Source: Trichodelitschia bisporula (Eukaryota). Taken from it: a stretch of DNA of 64,000 nt. The notes beneath the pieces were generated by a model. That model searched no databases. It saw only the letters and a list, made by a program, of their open reading frames with translations, and was not told the origin of the DNA. Both the position numbers and the translations under genes were made by a program. Of this stretch, positions 53,163-64,000 are shown in pieces (within the stretch, counting starts at the first letter, position 1; every line of letters starts with the position of its first letter). Location of the stretch: the NCBI GenBank assembly GCA_010356995.1, contig ML996700.1, positions 434,001-498,000 of the forward strand, read 5' to 3'.

Positions 53163-54802
53163 ATGGCTGCTGAAACTGATCATGACCTCTTCAGCGAGGG
53201 CTATGCGAGATATGTAGATTCGAAGGACGAGTTACGCCATTATCGAGACGAGTTCATAATCCCCACGTTAGGCGACCTGGAGCGCAAGTCCATTGCGATA
53301 GAGGAGGAAATTAAAACGGGTATCCCTCTTCCAATCATGCCTCGAGTCCCACAGCCGTATTAACATCCCCCAGAGTTGTGGGGTCTGGATTGGTCCCTCC
53401 CCTCAGTTTACCTTTGCGGCAACTCTCTCGGTCTGCAACCACGGCGTACCCGCACATATCTCCAGCAGTACCTGGACACATGGGGCACAAAAGGTGTAAA
53501 CGGGCACTTCACCCGTCACACCGACGCGCTCACTAGGCCATGGGTCGACATCGACGAAGACTGCGCGGCAGCGATAGCGCCAATCGTCGGCGCGGAGAAG
53601 GACGAAGTCGCCGTAATGCAGAGTCTGACGGCGAATCTTCATTTGCTGATGGCGAGTTTCTACAAACCGACGGTGAAACGGTGGAAGATAATCATGGAGG
53701 AAAAGGCATTTCCTAGCGATCACGTACGTCCATCCCCCTCCCCCACCACCCCACCCAGCTTGTCTTCCAGCACTCTCCGGAACGGCGGCTAACAGCACTG
53801 ACGACGTAGTACGCCGTCTACTCGCAAGTAGCCCACCACGGCTTCCCCGACTCAAGCGTCGTACTCATCCCGCCCTCCTCGCCGTCCACACACTATCTCA
53901 GCACACAATCTATCCTGGACACCATCACCGCCCACGCCGACACCACCGCGCTTATCCTCCTCCCCGGCGTGCATTTCTACTCGGGCCAGCTGCTCGACAT
54001 CCCCACCATCACCGCCCACGCGCACAGCCACGGCATCACCATCGGCTGGGACCTGGCCCACGCGGTAGGGAACGTACCTCTGCGTCTGCACGAGTGGGGT
54101 GTCGACTTTGCCGCCTGGTGCTCGTACAAGTACCTCAACGCCGGGGCAGGGAGCATCGGGGGGTTGTTCGTACACGAGCAGCACTGGGGTGGGAAGGTGG
54201 AAACCGAGGATATTGCCCCCGGGAGCGCTGCCGAACAGGAAGCAAACGGCCATGATACCGCTCCCCCGACCGCACCTATCACGCCCAGCCTCAGGGGTTG
54301 GTGGGGCAGCACCAAGGGCACGCGGTTCGCGATGGACAATACGTTCGCGCCAATGCGCGGCGCCGCCGCCTGGCAACTGAGTAACCCGTCGGTGCTAGAT
54401 TGCACGGCGCTGCTGGCGAGCCTCAGTATCTTCAACGAAGTCGGCATGGACAAGTTGAGGGCCAAAAGCGTGCTGCTGACGGGGGGGTTGATTCACCTCC
54501 TTGACTGCTGGCCAGGGTTGCATACTGCGCGCGAGGCGGGGGTGTATGAGATCCTGACGCCGAAGGCCGACGGCGAGCACGGCGCGCAGGTTAGTATACG
54601 GTTGCAGGAGGGGTTGTTGGCGCGTGTGATGACGGAGTTGGAGCGCGTGGGCGTGGTGGTGGATGAGCGGAAGCCGGATGTTGTTCGCGTGGCCCCGGCC
54701 CCGCTGTATAACGGGTGGCAGGATGTGTGGCGGTTCATGGACGCGTTCGAGAGGGCGGTGAAGGAGGCGATTAGGAGGCGGGACGGGTACTGCCAGACTT
54801 GA
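53163..54802 (+). CDS. BNA5: Kynureninase
   Basis: [58 protein letters not shown] (PLP lysine), [18 protein letters not shown]. Confidence 0.95.
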
Positions 54803-54867
54803 CTTGCATAACTCATTACTCAACTCTTAGCCAGGACAACTACCACACTATCCAGCTTTCCCCCCAA

Positions 54868-55895
54868 CTAGCCTTTAATCGCAAACCCAAACAACCCATC
54901 CATAGCAACCCACCCGCGCCCATTCCTCTCCAGATACCCCCTCACCACGCCCCCCAACGTCCCGAACCGCTCCCGATTCCGCTCCACAAGAGCCAGTACC
55001 CGATCCCTCTCCTCCCCCTTCACAATCCCCCTCTCAACCTCCTCCCTCACCCGCTCTACATCGAACACACGCTGCAAATATAGGAGCTGGTTATACAACC
55101 TCTTCTCCCCGTACTCCGCCCGCATCTTGCCCATGCACCCGTGGCCCAGCCCCCTGGGGCCTAGGCACCCGCTCCCCTGCACGCGGATCGTGCGCGTGCG
55201 CGCTGCGCACCCGGGCTCGTCGCACTGCACCCAGGAAGAGTAGAAGCGCGCGATGTGTTGCCGGATTTGGGCTTCGACCTGTGCGGCGATGGAGAGGAGG
55301 GGGATGGGCGCGGTGCAGTCGGGGCAGGCGAGGCCGGCGTGGGTTGCTTGTGCTGAGGGGAGGGTGAGGTCTTCGCCTTCGGCCTGTGCTGGTGGGAGGA
55401 GCCCGCGGAAGACGCTGGTTGTACCGCAGCGGCAGCGCAGGGTAAGGGGTAGGGCGTCCTTGAAGCGCTCCGCGTCCGGGATTTGGCTTTCCAGCGGCTG
55501 AAATACAGCCGCTGGTTCCGAAGCGCTGATGGTCGAGGTGCGGTACTTGGACGTGTCGAGCCCGAGACACTCGGCTAGGCGTGTAACGTTCGTGCCGTCT
55601 ATCGGGGCGCAGAGACGTTCTACTGGTGGGAGGATCTGCTTATGCAGGTAGTAATCTATGTCAGGCTTGAGCTCGGAATTGGGCTTGAGGACGTCGGAGA
55701 GGGGGGCGGCGTTCGAGGCTGCGGACTCGGCGGACCCGTTGTTGCTGCCGGTTATGATGAAGAACATGACGTCCTTTGCCTTGACGCTCTTGCCGCGGGC
55801 GAGGAGTTTCTTCGCGACTTGGACGGAGGGCATAGAGGCGCCGTTGGGGTAGTCGTTGGGGGATTTGCCGAGTTGCTAGACGGGTGGTTAGTTAT

Positions 55896-55940
<45 letters not shown>

Positions 55941-58900
55941 GGGGAGGGGGGACGTACCGTGAAGATGGTGTATTTCTGTGCTGGGATCTTGTATTCCCGC
56001 ATCTGCTGCGCCAGCTGCCGGAGATACTCATGGATATTCTCGACCGCGACCTCAGGCTCGTCACCGCTGAGGATGAAGTTAAGCAACTTCTGACTCGTCT
56101 CCTTGCTCAACTGGCAGTACTCGCGGCGGCGCATATCCAGCCCCTTAACCTCCAGCTTCTCAACATACGCCCCATCCCTCTCCACCATATTAATCGCCGC
56201 ATACTTCTTCTTCGCATGGAGCAGCAGCCGGCGGAACACATTATCGATATCAATCTCCAGCAGATTGTACATCTTATTCACCGCTGCCCGAAACTCGGAT
56301 CCCAGTTTCAGAGCCTCCTGGATATTGTCCTTGTTCGTGTTGATCATGACGGAATCCGTGTCGCCGTAGATCACGCGCAGCTGCTGCGTTTCGGCGAGTT
56401 CCTTGGTAGAACGCAGGATTTCGCGTCCTTTGTAGGTGATGAGCACGGCGATGGGGCGGGCGTAGAAGCGTGAGCGTATGTAGCCTAGACAGCCGTACAT
56501 GGAGTTGGCGGTTAGTTTGAGGGCCATTTGCTTGATGTCCCAGGTGGCGAGCTGGTCAGGCGTGGCTTTCTTGTCTTTCATCAGTTTCTTGACTTCGCGC
56601 CGGCGGCCGACGAGCGTGGACAGCAGGCGCGGGAGGATGCCTAGGTCCTGCTGCTCGGGGACCTCAGGCACCTTATCATCGTCGTCGGCCTGCGCTCATT
56701 AGCCTCTATCCCATATCAAAACTAGGAAAAAACTTACAATGTCCGCGCGCTCCACCGTCGTGAAGCAAATATTAAACTCCTGGATGATACTCGGATACAA
56801 GCTGTTAAAGTCCATGACAAGCACGAACTTGTCATACAACTTCTTCTCCGGCTCAAACACGAGCCCGCCCTTGTACTTCTCCTTCTTCTTCGCGTCGGGC
56901 CCGGCCTCGCCTTCCACCGCCGCTTCGTCTTCTTTCTGTTTTCCTTTGCCCGGGATTTTGTCCGGGCAGATGTACTTATTGCGGTGAAATTCGTGGAGTA
57001 GAATGTACTCATTGCGCTCCGCCCTCGTGCCGCTGAGCGTGCGCGCCCAACTGTTGCCCGCCAGGTTCGTGAGCACCTTCGTCAGCGGGAGCATCTGGAT
57101 CTTCAGCGCGATGGCAGCGATGAAATGCGTGTCGTTTTCCGTCCGCTGGAGGTACCCCATCAACCCCTCGCGATCCAGCGTCTTCGCATCAACCTCATTA
57201 TCGAACTCATTCCGCGCATTCGCGATCCCGAGCACGACATCGCACATCTCGCCCAGCGTCCAGGACTGACACTTCGCCATCAGACTCTTGCCCAGATCAT
57301 TCGCCAGATCACACAACAACCGCCCAGCGGCCATCTGGCGCTCGACGAAGAAGCTCGCGCCCCCCTTGCCGAAGTTGCGCGGCCAGTCACTGCGCCTCAA
57401 CCGGCCAATACGATGCCAACCAGTCGTCTTCCGCTCTTTCATCCGGCTGAGCAAAATCCCAAAGTCCACGTCATCGAGCTTGTGCCCCATAATCACATCC
57501 GGGTCCATCATCCCCAATATAGCCATGAACTTACTCAACAGCGCCCCCTCACTCGCCTCCAGAGCTACCATCCCCCTATGCTTCTCCGCCTCGCGCTTAA
57601 ATCCCAGCGGGTAGGCATCGCCAGGCGGGCGCATGATGGTGAACGTCTTAGACGGCAGACGCTCCGCGGGCGTGGTATCGTTCAAGCTGATATTCTCGTA
57701 GAAGCGCGCGGACGCAATCACGATTTCTTGCTTGTTGTCTTTGGGGTTGTAGGAAGTGCGCAGGGCGAGGGACATTATTGTCAACGGGGGCGCGTCGAGA
57801 TTGTCACTGCTCCCGGTCGTGGTTATGAGCTGCGGCTGTGTGACGGCGAGCTCAAGCTTGCACCATGAGGCGTTGGTCACGGCGGTGAAGTCTGCGCCGA
57901 CGATGGAGAGCCAGCAGGGACCCATGATGTTCTTCCATAGGACGAATTGCTCGAAGAGAGAGGTGTTTGTGCCGAAGACGTGAGAGAATGTCTTCCCTGT
58001 GAGACCGAGGCCTAGAGCTGGTTTGTCGTACGGGTAGAACAGCTTGAGATACTCGCCCTCCTTGGGGATATCGGGTAGCTCAAACGCATACTTGCGCGTC
58101 GCGCGCTTGACCTTAAACGTGCCGACGCGGAGCCGGCTCATGAGTTCGCCGACTTCATCACTGACGTCGCCCATCCCGACCTCCTCATCCACCTCGCGGC
58201 CATCTATGTTGCGGAACTCGCGTGGCAGAAAGAACAACTTCCGCTGGATATTATCCACCTTAACGAAAGCACTGACGTAGTTTCCCGAGGTCTTATCCTT
58301 GACCTTCCCGAAGAGGCACAGACTCCCGTGTATCTCGGTGTAGTCGAGCCAGAAGAAGCGCAGGCTCCCGTCTTCCTCGACTGCGCTCGATGGCTTGAGC
58401 TTCCCGATGCTAGCGGTTTGGGGAACGGCAGGCGTGTTGGCCGGGTTGTTGACCACGTTGAGTTGCTCGGCAACTTTGACCCATGCGCTGTTGTCCACGT
58501 CGCTGCGGGGGGGTTGCGGGGATGAGGGCGCCGGCGGGGCGAGGTCTTTCTTAACCTTGGGCTTGGGGACTGGCCTGCTGCCCGCCAGGTTGACGGTCAG
58601 ATTACTCTTCGCCGCACCCACCGCCTGCGCGACTTCCATGTCGTCATCATCTTCCTCCTCGACCTTTACGAGGGAAGGCTGACCCTTGCGCGCCACAGCC
58701 TTGGTAACAGGCGACGATGGCAACGGGTCGCTCATCAGGACATCGTCGTCCGCGGGGGGCAGGATGGGTTCGTCGTCATAATCGACATGTATGGCCGGCG
58801 GCGAGTCCGCCCTATCCGCCATGGCCGGGGGGTCGGACTGGAACATCCTCGGGGCGGGCTTGGAGTCCGGCACACCGGGGGAGAGGACGCGGGTCTTGCG

Positions 58901-59481
58901 GCGGGACGCGTCTTTGACGGGTTTCATGCGCGAGGGGGCGCGGGCGGAGATGTTGACGTCTACTTCGCCGAGGAGGTCGTCTAGGAAAGCTTTGTCTTCT
59001 GCCGTGACGGTCGGCTACGCTGTTAACAGGCGCTTGGTGGTGCGGGAGGTTAGGAATTACCTTCGCCTTAGGCGCTTGAGCTGTTTTGCTGGTGAAGTAC
59101 TTATTGATGCCATTCTTGATCTTCTCCTGCTTCTCCTTATCCTCCTCACGCTTCCGCTTGCCTGTCGACGTTAGACTCGACGCATCATAGAGCGGAATAC
59201 CCACCAGCCTTGCCCTTCGACGCCGCCTCCCCCCCACTCTCACTCTCAGAATACTGCCTCTCATCCTGCCAATCCTCGCGCCCATCATCCACATATCCCT
59301 CCCCATTATCATCGACCACAAAATCATCCTGATCAAGCCGGGTCCGGAGCACCTTCTTGTAGCCCTCCTCATCCACCTCTTCGTACACATCCTCCACGTC
59401 GTCGACTTCGTACGTAGCAGTGCGCGATTTGCCCGATGCTCTGAGCGCGCGCAGCTCGGCTAGACGGGCTGCGCGGGACAT
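54868..59481 (-). CDS. POL1: DNA polymerase alpha catalytic subunit
   Basis: DDFVVDDNGEGYVDDGREDW, RAERNEYILLHEF, YKGGLVFEP, DFNSLYPSIIQEFNICFTT, KLTANSMYGCLG, YGDTDS, C-terminal Cys4 zinc motifs. Several introns. Confidence 0.97.
55897..55951. repeat. 43-nt poly-G run plus G4/G6 blocks (poly-C on the sense strand) inside a POL1 intron
   Basis: Direct reading. Lies between the intron donor (about 55957) and the branch site/acceptor (about 55876). Confidence 0.85.
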
Positions 59482-59593
59482 TGTTGTGGAATTGGAGTTT
59501 GATGGGGGGTAGGAGGGTGGGTTGGGGGAGTGGTGAGAGTGTTTGGGGGAGCGAGTTGTGAGGGCAACGATCTTCGGTTTGTGGGGAGGTTAA

Positions 59594-59633
59594 ACGCGAC
59601 GCCAACGCGCAACGCGTCGCGGGCCCTGCGCGT
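59594..59633. promoter_or_regulatory. MCB (MluI cell-cycle box) cluster in the POL1 promoter
   Basis: ACGCGT at 59612-59617 plus ACGCG cores at 59594 and 59605 and CGCGT at 59629, about 110-150 bp upstream of the POL1 ATG. MBF control of DNA-replication genes is well established in ascomycetes. Confidence 0.7.
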
Positions 59634-60048
59634 TAAGTGGACCGGGGTGGGGGAGGATTTGGTACAAAAGTCGCTGCCGTCTCAAACTGCACGAGAGGCG
59701 ATGATGCGGCCGGGACTTTAATCCGAGGACCGGTTCGTGCTTTGACTTCATTCTTCGGACACCTCAATGCGGAGAGTAAGGTGAGGACGCCGATTATACG
59801 GAGGAAGGCAGACTGACAGACAAACTGCAGGTACATAGTCATATCGTAGAAAGAACACAGATTACAAAAAGGCGTTCACGTCTACTTCAAACCTACTTCC
59901 GTTGCCATCCAACATCCACACAACTCTCAAATCCTACAAAAGCTCACTCGAACTACTCACACTTCGCTACATCTCCCACCCCTCCCACTCTCACCCCTCA
60001 CCCCTCACGTCTCCCACCAACGACGGACACTAAGCTCTTCAACTTACC

Positions 60049-60693
60049 ATGCCAGAATCACCCTCCAAAGACCCCCTCGTCTGGATAGACTGCGAAGTCA
60101 GATCCCCATCCCTCTCCCAACCCTCCTAACCATCCCCCCAGATGACCGGTCTCGACATCGAAAACGACGTTATTCTCCAAATTGCCTGCTTCATAACCGA
60201 CGCCAACCTCAACCTCCTCGAGCCCAACGGCTTTGAAATAGTAGTCCACCATGAGAAACCCGTCCTCGACGCTATGGACCCGTGGTGCACCCGCACCCAC
60301 GAGAAATCCGGTCTGACCGCCGCAGTCCTCGCCTCAACTGTAACCCCCGAACAAGCCGCCGAAGCCCTCCTCGCCTACGTAACATCTCTCGTGCCCACAC
60401 CCCACAAGGCGCTGCTGGCGGGCAACACAGTGCACGCGGACAAGGCGTATCTGCGGCAGGCGCCGTATAACACGCTCATCGAACACCTGCACCATCGGAT
60501 ACTGGATGTGAGCGCGATTAAGGAGGCGGCGAGACGGTGGGCAGATCCGGGTGTGCTGGCGCGGATACCGAGGAAGAAGGCGTTGCATGAGGCGAGGACG
60601 GATATTTTGGAGAGTATTGAGGAGGCGAGGTTTTATCGCGATGCGTTCTTTCGGAGACCTGAGGGCGAGGCGGAGAGTGTGGAGAGTGCGTAA
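60049..60693 (+). CDS. REX2: Oligoribonuclease Rex2/Orn
   Basis: LVWIDCE|MTGLD across intron 60097-60141, MDPWCTRTH..SGL, LAGNTVHADK, HRILDVSAIKE, H.A..DILESIEE. Confidence 0.94.
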
Positions 60694-63600
60694 GCGTCTA
60701 ACTGTGCTTGATGCCATTAACTTGGTTTTCTGCGTTAGGGGAACATGCGAGCGGCGAGTGGGAATGTGTGGAGCATATGTGAGTTTAACGGTTGCGGTTC
60801 TGGACGACGCTCATGATGCAGGGCCGGTATCATCGCCGCGACAATCGTCGCCTGGTACGTACTACGCCTTCGCCGCAGTTGAATATCAAGTCGCTCTTCG
60901 CTATGGCATTTCGAGTTCGTAGCGCAGTAGCTGCCTAGAAGCTTGCCGACGAGCAGTCTACCATAGCAGTGCACCAAGCGAACCAAAAACTCGGAATATA
61001 CTTGTGCAACCACTGCCCTGACACTTGACACCTCGTACCCGAACCAGAACAAACCCTGCCTACTATCCGTAACACTTCATCTCCGCACATATGCCCACCG
61101 GCCTCCCCTCCGCTATAGAACCCGGCGAAATGCATCGCAGCACCACCGTCGTCGTACATCCGCCCGCAGACGAACACCCGCCGTTTCCCAGCAAGCGGTT
61201 CCGGCCATCCGCCGTGCGTTCCCAGGGCCTCATCGTCTCAATCTCCGCCCGACTATCCGTCCGTCCAACGAGTAGTCCATCCCCACAGCATTCCAAAGAC
61301 CAGACCCAGCGAGAGCGCCCAGCGTCCCGTGCCCGTTTCGCTTCGCCAACAGGCAGTATGATCGTATGAGCGGGACGATCCCCTTGCGCAGTCAGTCTTG
61401 CTGTATACAGGTGCCATGTGCGGGCTTAATATACGCGGCGTCCTCGGTAATTGTCTCCGCGAAATTGCGGCGGCGACGGGTGGCGGGACTATATATCAGC
61501 AGTTTGGGGTATGGATCCAAGGATTTGGCGGCTCTGGATAAGGCTGCAGAATTTGCGCCAGATGTGACCTTGTGTACTGTATTTGCCGATATGGGTACCT
61601 GCGTCTTGCCACTCCATATATTTCACATGTGTCTGCGGCGGGCATGCTATCACGAGATTGCCCAGGAGCCCATAGCCCATGGCATCTCTCTCTCCCAAAC
61701 CGGGCTTGAGCCGTTCCCAAGTCCTTCCCCGCATCCTAATCCTCCGAAAAAGAGCCCAAATGACACTCAAATGAACCGAGTCCGTCCTCTCCACACCTGT
61801 CGTGGATCCCCGCCCCCGCCCCCGCATTCTCCAAACCCAAAACCAAACCCCAGAATCGTGAAACACCTTTGAGGATCTCAAGCACCGCGGAGTCTTTGCT
61901 CTGCACTGCGAAACGACTCCAGGGATATATCGTACGCACTACCGTGCAGCAGGAGGGAACACCCCCGTCCCCCGCTGCAGGAACGAGTCGCGAACACCCA
62001 ACCTCGCGAGACCCAGCCCCGCTGTTGAATGCAGGTACGGTACGGTAGCATGCCGTCTGCGGTTAATCGACGATAGCAACATACGGTAGACCAGGGCGAT
62101 GTTGAGAGGCCTCGTAGTCGCCGTGTCGGCTAGCTATCACACCGCGTGGAAGTGTTGACTCTGGCGCGCCGCAGACCGCAGTTTCATCCTCAGCCCGTCG
62201 TCCAACAAACCAACTCATCTGCGGCGCCAGCACCAACGCAAGCGCGCTTGAAGGGAGTGCATCACTGCATATTCACGGGGGCTGGGGGAGCGGTGGGAGC
62301 CTCGGCGGGTTTGCTTTTGGCTTTTTTCTTCGGATTGACCGCATCTTTTTCGACAGTGAATTTTCCACTTGTGTGCGCACTCTTCGCCGTAGACGAACAA
62401 CGCGAGGGGAGGGTAATCTACGGACAGCTCTAGCCTTCACTCCGCAATCTCAGCGCCCATCACCGCGGCCTGGCGTGATATTTACCATCCGTATTGCGAG
62501 TGTACCTTCGATAAATATGCTCTTGCACTCATGGTCAAAGCGGAAGGAGGATGGAGCCGCGGGCCGCAGGGGTGTGGGGGTGATTGTCGATAGGCGGCCA
62601 CGATGTGGGGAAGGGGCCGGCGGCGATGGAAGCCAGTGGAAGGGGTGGAATGGGAAGCGGGCTGGCGATCCCGGGGGCTTTTTCTTAGGGCCGGGGGCTG
62701 GGCGATGGAGCCGGAGCCGGGGTGGCTTAATTTGGCTTTGGAATTTTGTTCGGTGCGTGTTTCACGGGAACGGATTGCGGCGGGGTTGGGTTGGGGAAAT
62801 ATTTGTATACTACTGCGTAGGTGGGACGGGTGTGAGTTGTGTGAGGCAAGGGATGAGGCAAGTGTTGCGGTTGGAGGTGCGGGCGGTGCGGGTGTTCAGG
62901 CACGCTGCTGCGCGGCTTCGGGATGTACGACTGCACTTCTCGGAGCGGGCGGATGGCGGGCGGGACGGTATTGGATGGATTGAAGCGCACATCTTCTGGA
63001 CTGTGCACACCGGACAAAGCAAAAGTCGGGCAAGGCGAGCTCACTGCGTCTGGCGTGCCGACGTGCAGCAGGGCTGACGTTGAGCTGCACCTGTGAAAAA
63101 CTGGCGAGGAGGCAACAGCTGAGGATGCGCTTGTCAGGGGCGGAGACGGAAGTGTGGAGTTTGGTGTGTCTAGAGTAAGGGGGTGGCCAACAAGGGGAGG
63201 GGAATGTTGGTGTTGTTGAAGGTTGGACACTTGGATCGAGATGGTTTCCTCACTGGCTGCTTTGTCCATCGCTCGATTCTTCAAGGGGTGGTTGAGGTGT
63301 TGGTGTACCTATCGATTGCGATAATCGGTATCGGCATTCCAACATCCAACCGACCCAACAACCAGCGGGAAGTGTACATGCGTAATCGATACGCTCATCT
63401 TCAGAGCCACGATGGTGCACTACATCCGTACGTACGGAATAGTAAGTGACAAGTCGCCTCGCAACGCCACTGGTTCGAGGCTTGGGACTGCAGGCTTCAG
63501 GGAGAAACTCATCACTGTCGGTAAACAGTGGCTATGACTGGACAGTTTACTCTGGTAAAGAAGTACTACGGAGTACAACGTAGTTCACCGTAGAGTGAGG

Positions 63601-64000
63601 AGAAGAGTGTGAGATCGTGAGGAGAGAGTGCAGCAGAGCGTGAGACGGACTGTGCAAGCTATCGTAATTGGCCCCTAAATTGGGATTAGGGCTCCCCCCT
63701 TCCCCATGCCCCCCCTAATGACAAGCCGACAAGGGGTCGGAGCAGTGCGCCCCCGATTCCAAGCCCCCCCAGTAGTGTACCCAATCCCCAGGCAGCGCTC
63801 AATACATAAGAGCCACCGTGTTCTCTCGTCCTCCCCCCTCCCAAATCCCACTGAACAACCACCTGTCCTCTCAACCCACATCCAATGCTGTTACGAAAGC
63901 ATGTCAACCATGGAGGAACATCTCTCCCCTATCAAGAACTTCGTTTTCTCTACTGAACCCGATTCATCTCTACCATCGCAAACAATCAAGATGGAGGACC

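Noticed and set aside
55884..56093. Poly-Gly and poly-Pro ORFs
   Set aside because: Translation artefacts of the intronic homopolymer.
63465..63490. GGTTCGA B-box suggesting a tRNA or SINE
   Set aside because: No cloverleaf stems or A-box at the proper spacing could be found.

Overview
Gene-dense, GC-rich genomic DNA from a filamentous ascomycete (Pezizomycotina; short 43-90 nt GT-AG introns with CTRAC-type branch sites). About 19 recognisable intron-containing genes are present. The centrepiece is a ferrichrome-type (ferricrocin-like) siderophore locus: a ~5,060-aa NRPS (A-T-C-A-T-C-T-C-A-T-C-T-C-T-C, minus strand), a DHA1-family MFS transporter and a divergently transcribed L-ornithine N5-monooxygenase (sidA), with exact SreA-type ATCTGATAA boxes upstream of the NRPS. 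Flanking genes are mostly housekeeping: Crh-like GH16, a CFEM protein, GH65 acid trehalase, ARL1, HMT1, PER1, a USP-domain protein, ZUO1, MZM1, SLT11, ERG6, NDC80, PDB1, PEX14, kynureninase, POL1 and REX2. The most unusual observations are: (i) a diverged 252-bp-period tandem duplication of the NRPS last exon plus 3'UTR that stays in frame immediately beyond the NRPS stop codon; (ii) an efflux-type DHA1 transporter inside the siderophore locus; (iii) a higher-order compound minisatellite with ~10.3-bp average period at the window start; (iv) a CFEM protein with His/Met repeats; (v) a likely orphan gene with an ATG-only first exon; and (vi) a recurrent C-rich to G-rich switch along genes. No mobile element, tRNA, rRNA or CRISPR array could be supported. 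All calls were made by eye without database searches, and none of these observations establishes a new biological system on its own.
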